From: Candidatus Bathyarchaeota archaeon
GTDB lineage: Archaea; Thermoproteota; Bathyarchaeia; Bathyarchaeales; Bathycorpusculaceae
Length of the DNA: 64,000 nt
Direction: 5' to 3'
NCBI GenBank assembly: GCA_963806535.1
Contig: CAWDYC010000004.1
Span: 64,001 to 128,000, forward strand
Every line of letters starts with the position of its first letter. Position 1 is the first letter of the stretch. Below are positions 63,495-64,000 of this stretch, piece by piece. The notes under the pieces were generated by a model, which did no database searches, was not told the origin of the DNA, and saw nothing but the letters and a program-made list of their open reading frames with translations. A program made the translations under genes and the position numbers.

Positions 63495-64000
63495 TTCTGC
63501 CCATAAAACTCAATGAAGCAATAGCAACTTGCGCAATTGACAGTACGGCACCAACTTTAAGGTATTCTTTCAGGCTAAGGTTAACGCCTTTCCGCCTCAT
63601 CATTTCCATCCACATCAAAATCGCCAGCGACCCAAGAGGGAAAAAGTGTGGACCCAAATTGTTTCCGATGACATTGCTGAAAATCAAGTTTGTCAAGGTT
63701 GTTCCAGTAACTGCTGCATGTTGGATGCTTAGCAAACCCAGAATTGTCATTGGCCAATTATTCATGAAACTTGCCCCAACCGTAACAACCATGCTTGGCC
63801 CAAAAACTCCAAGGCAGACGGAAGCTTGCTTGTAGCTACCAGGGCAGAAGCTAACAGGTTTGTGACGCCTGCCGTTTCTAATCCTTGAACCACCAAGAAG
63901 ATGCTAAGCATGAACAACACGATATCCCAATTGATTTCTCTTGCCAAACCTGTGAGCCCTTTCTTTTCGCCGTTTACCGAGCCATTATGCTTCAACGTAA
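63468..64000 (-). CDS. ArsB/NhaD-family transporter, 3' part (frameshifts)
   Basis: WDIVLFMLSIFLVVQGL, MNNWP, IGNNLGP...PLGSLA.LMW. Confidence 0.85.

Noticed and set aside
22230-63995. Frequent frameshifts suggesting pseudogenes or programmed frameshifting
   Set aside because: They hit essential single-copy genes (rpl6, rpl14, rpl19e, rpl30, secY, lig) and often short homopolymers; best explained as long-read indel errors.

Overview
Archaeal chromosomal segment, most likely Bathyarchaeia (inferred from TACK-type ribosomal proteins, a PQQ-like beta-propeller surface protein, DUF996/DUF131 genes and a tRNA with a non-canonical intron). Single-base indels break many essential genes (rpl6, rpl14, secY, lig), so most frameshifts are treated as long-read sequencing errors. 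Layout: (1) 1-4.7 kb, the AT-rich end of a probable integrated virus/plasmid-like element with Zn-finger microproteins, a C4C4 RING-like protein, an atypical tRNA(GCT) and an FtsK/HerA-type ATPase; (2) 4.9-27 kb, housekeeping and accessory genes (ilvD, LLM oxidoreductase, MFS, surface protein, RPA, Hsp20, intron-containing tRNA-Met, acyl-CoA ligase, vapBC, hypFCD/hypE); (3) 27.5-40.7 kb, the S10/spc ribosomal cluster with K/E/A/P-rich tails, an inserted Hsp20 and no adk; (4) 40.8-64 kb, radical SAM, mgtA, second vapBC, IS200, gene remnants, DNA ligase, many microproteins, two regulator/operator modules, adh, moeB-like and arsB-like genes. Most notable unexplained signals: a two-copy structured element with a micro-ORF and alternative hairpins (27.1 and 47.8 kb), the element-borne short-arm tRNA(GCT), the RING-like protein, and a structured RNA candidate under ArsR-type operators (61.4 kb). 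All alignments and folds were done by eye.
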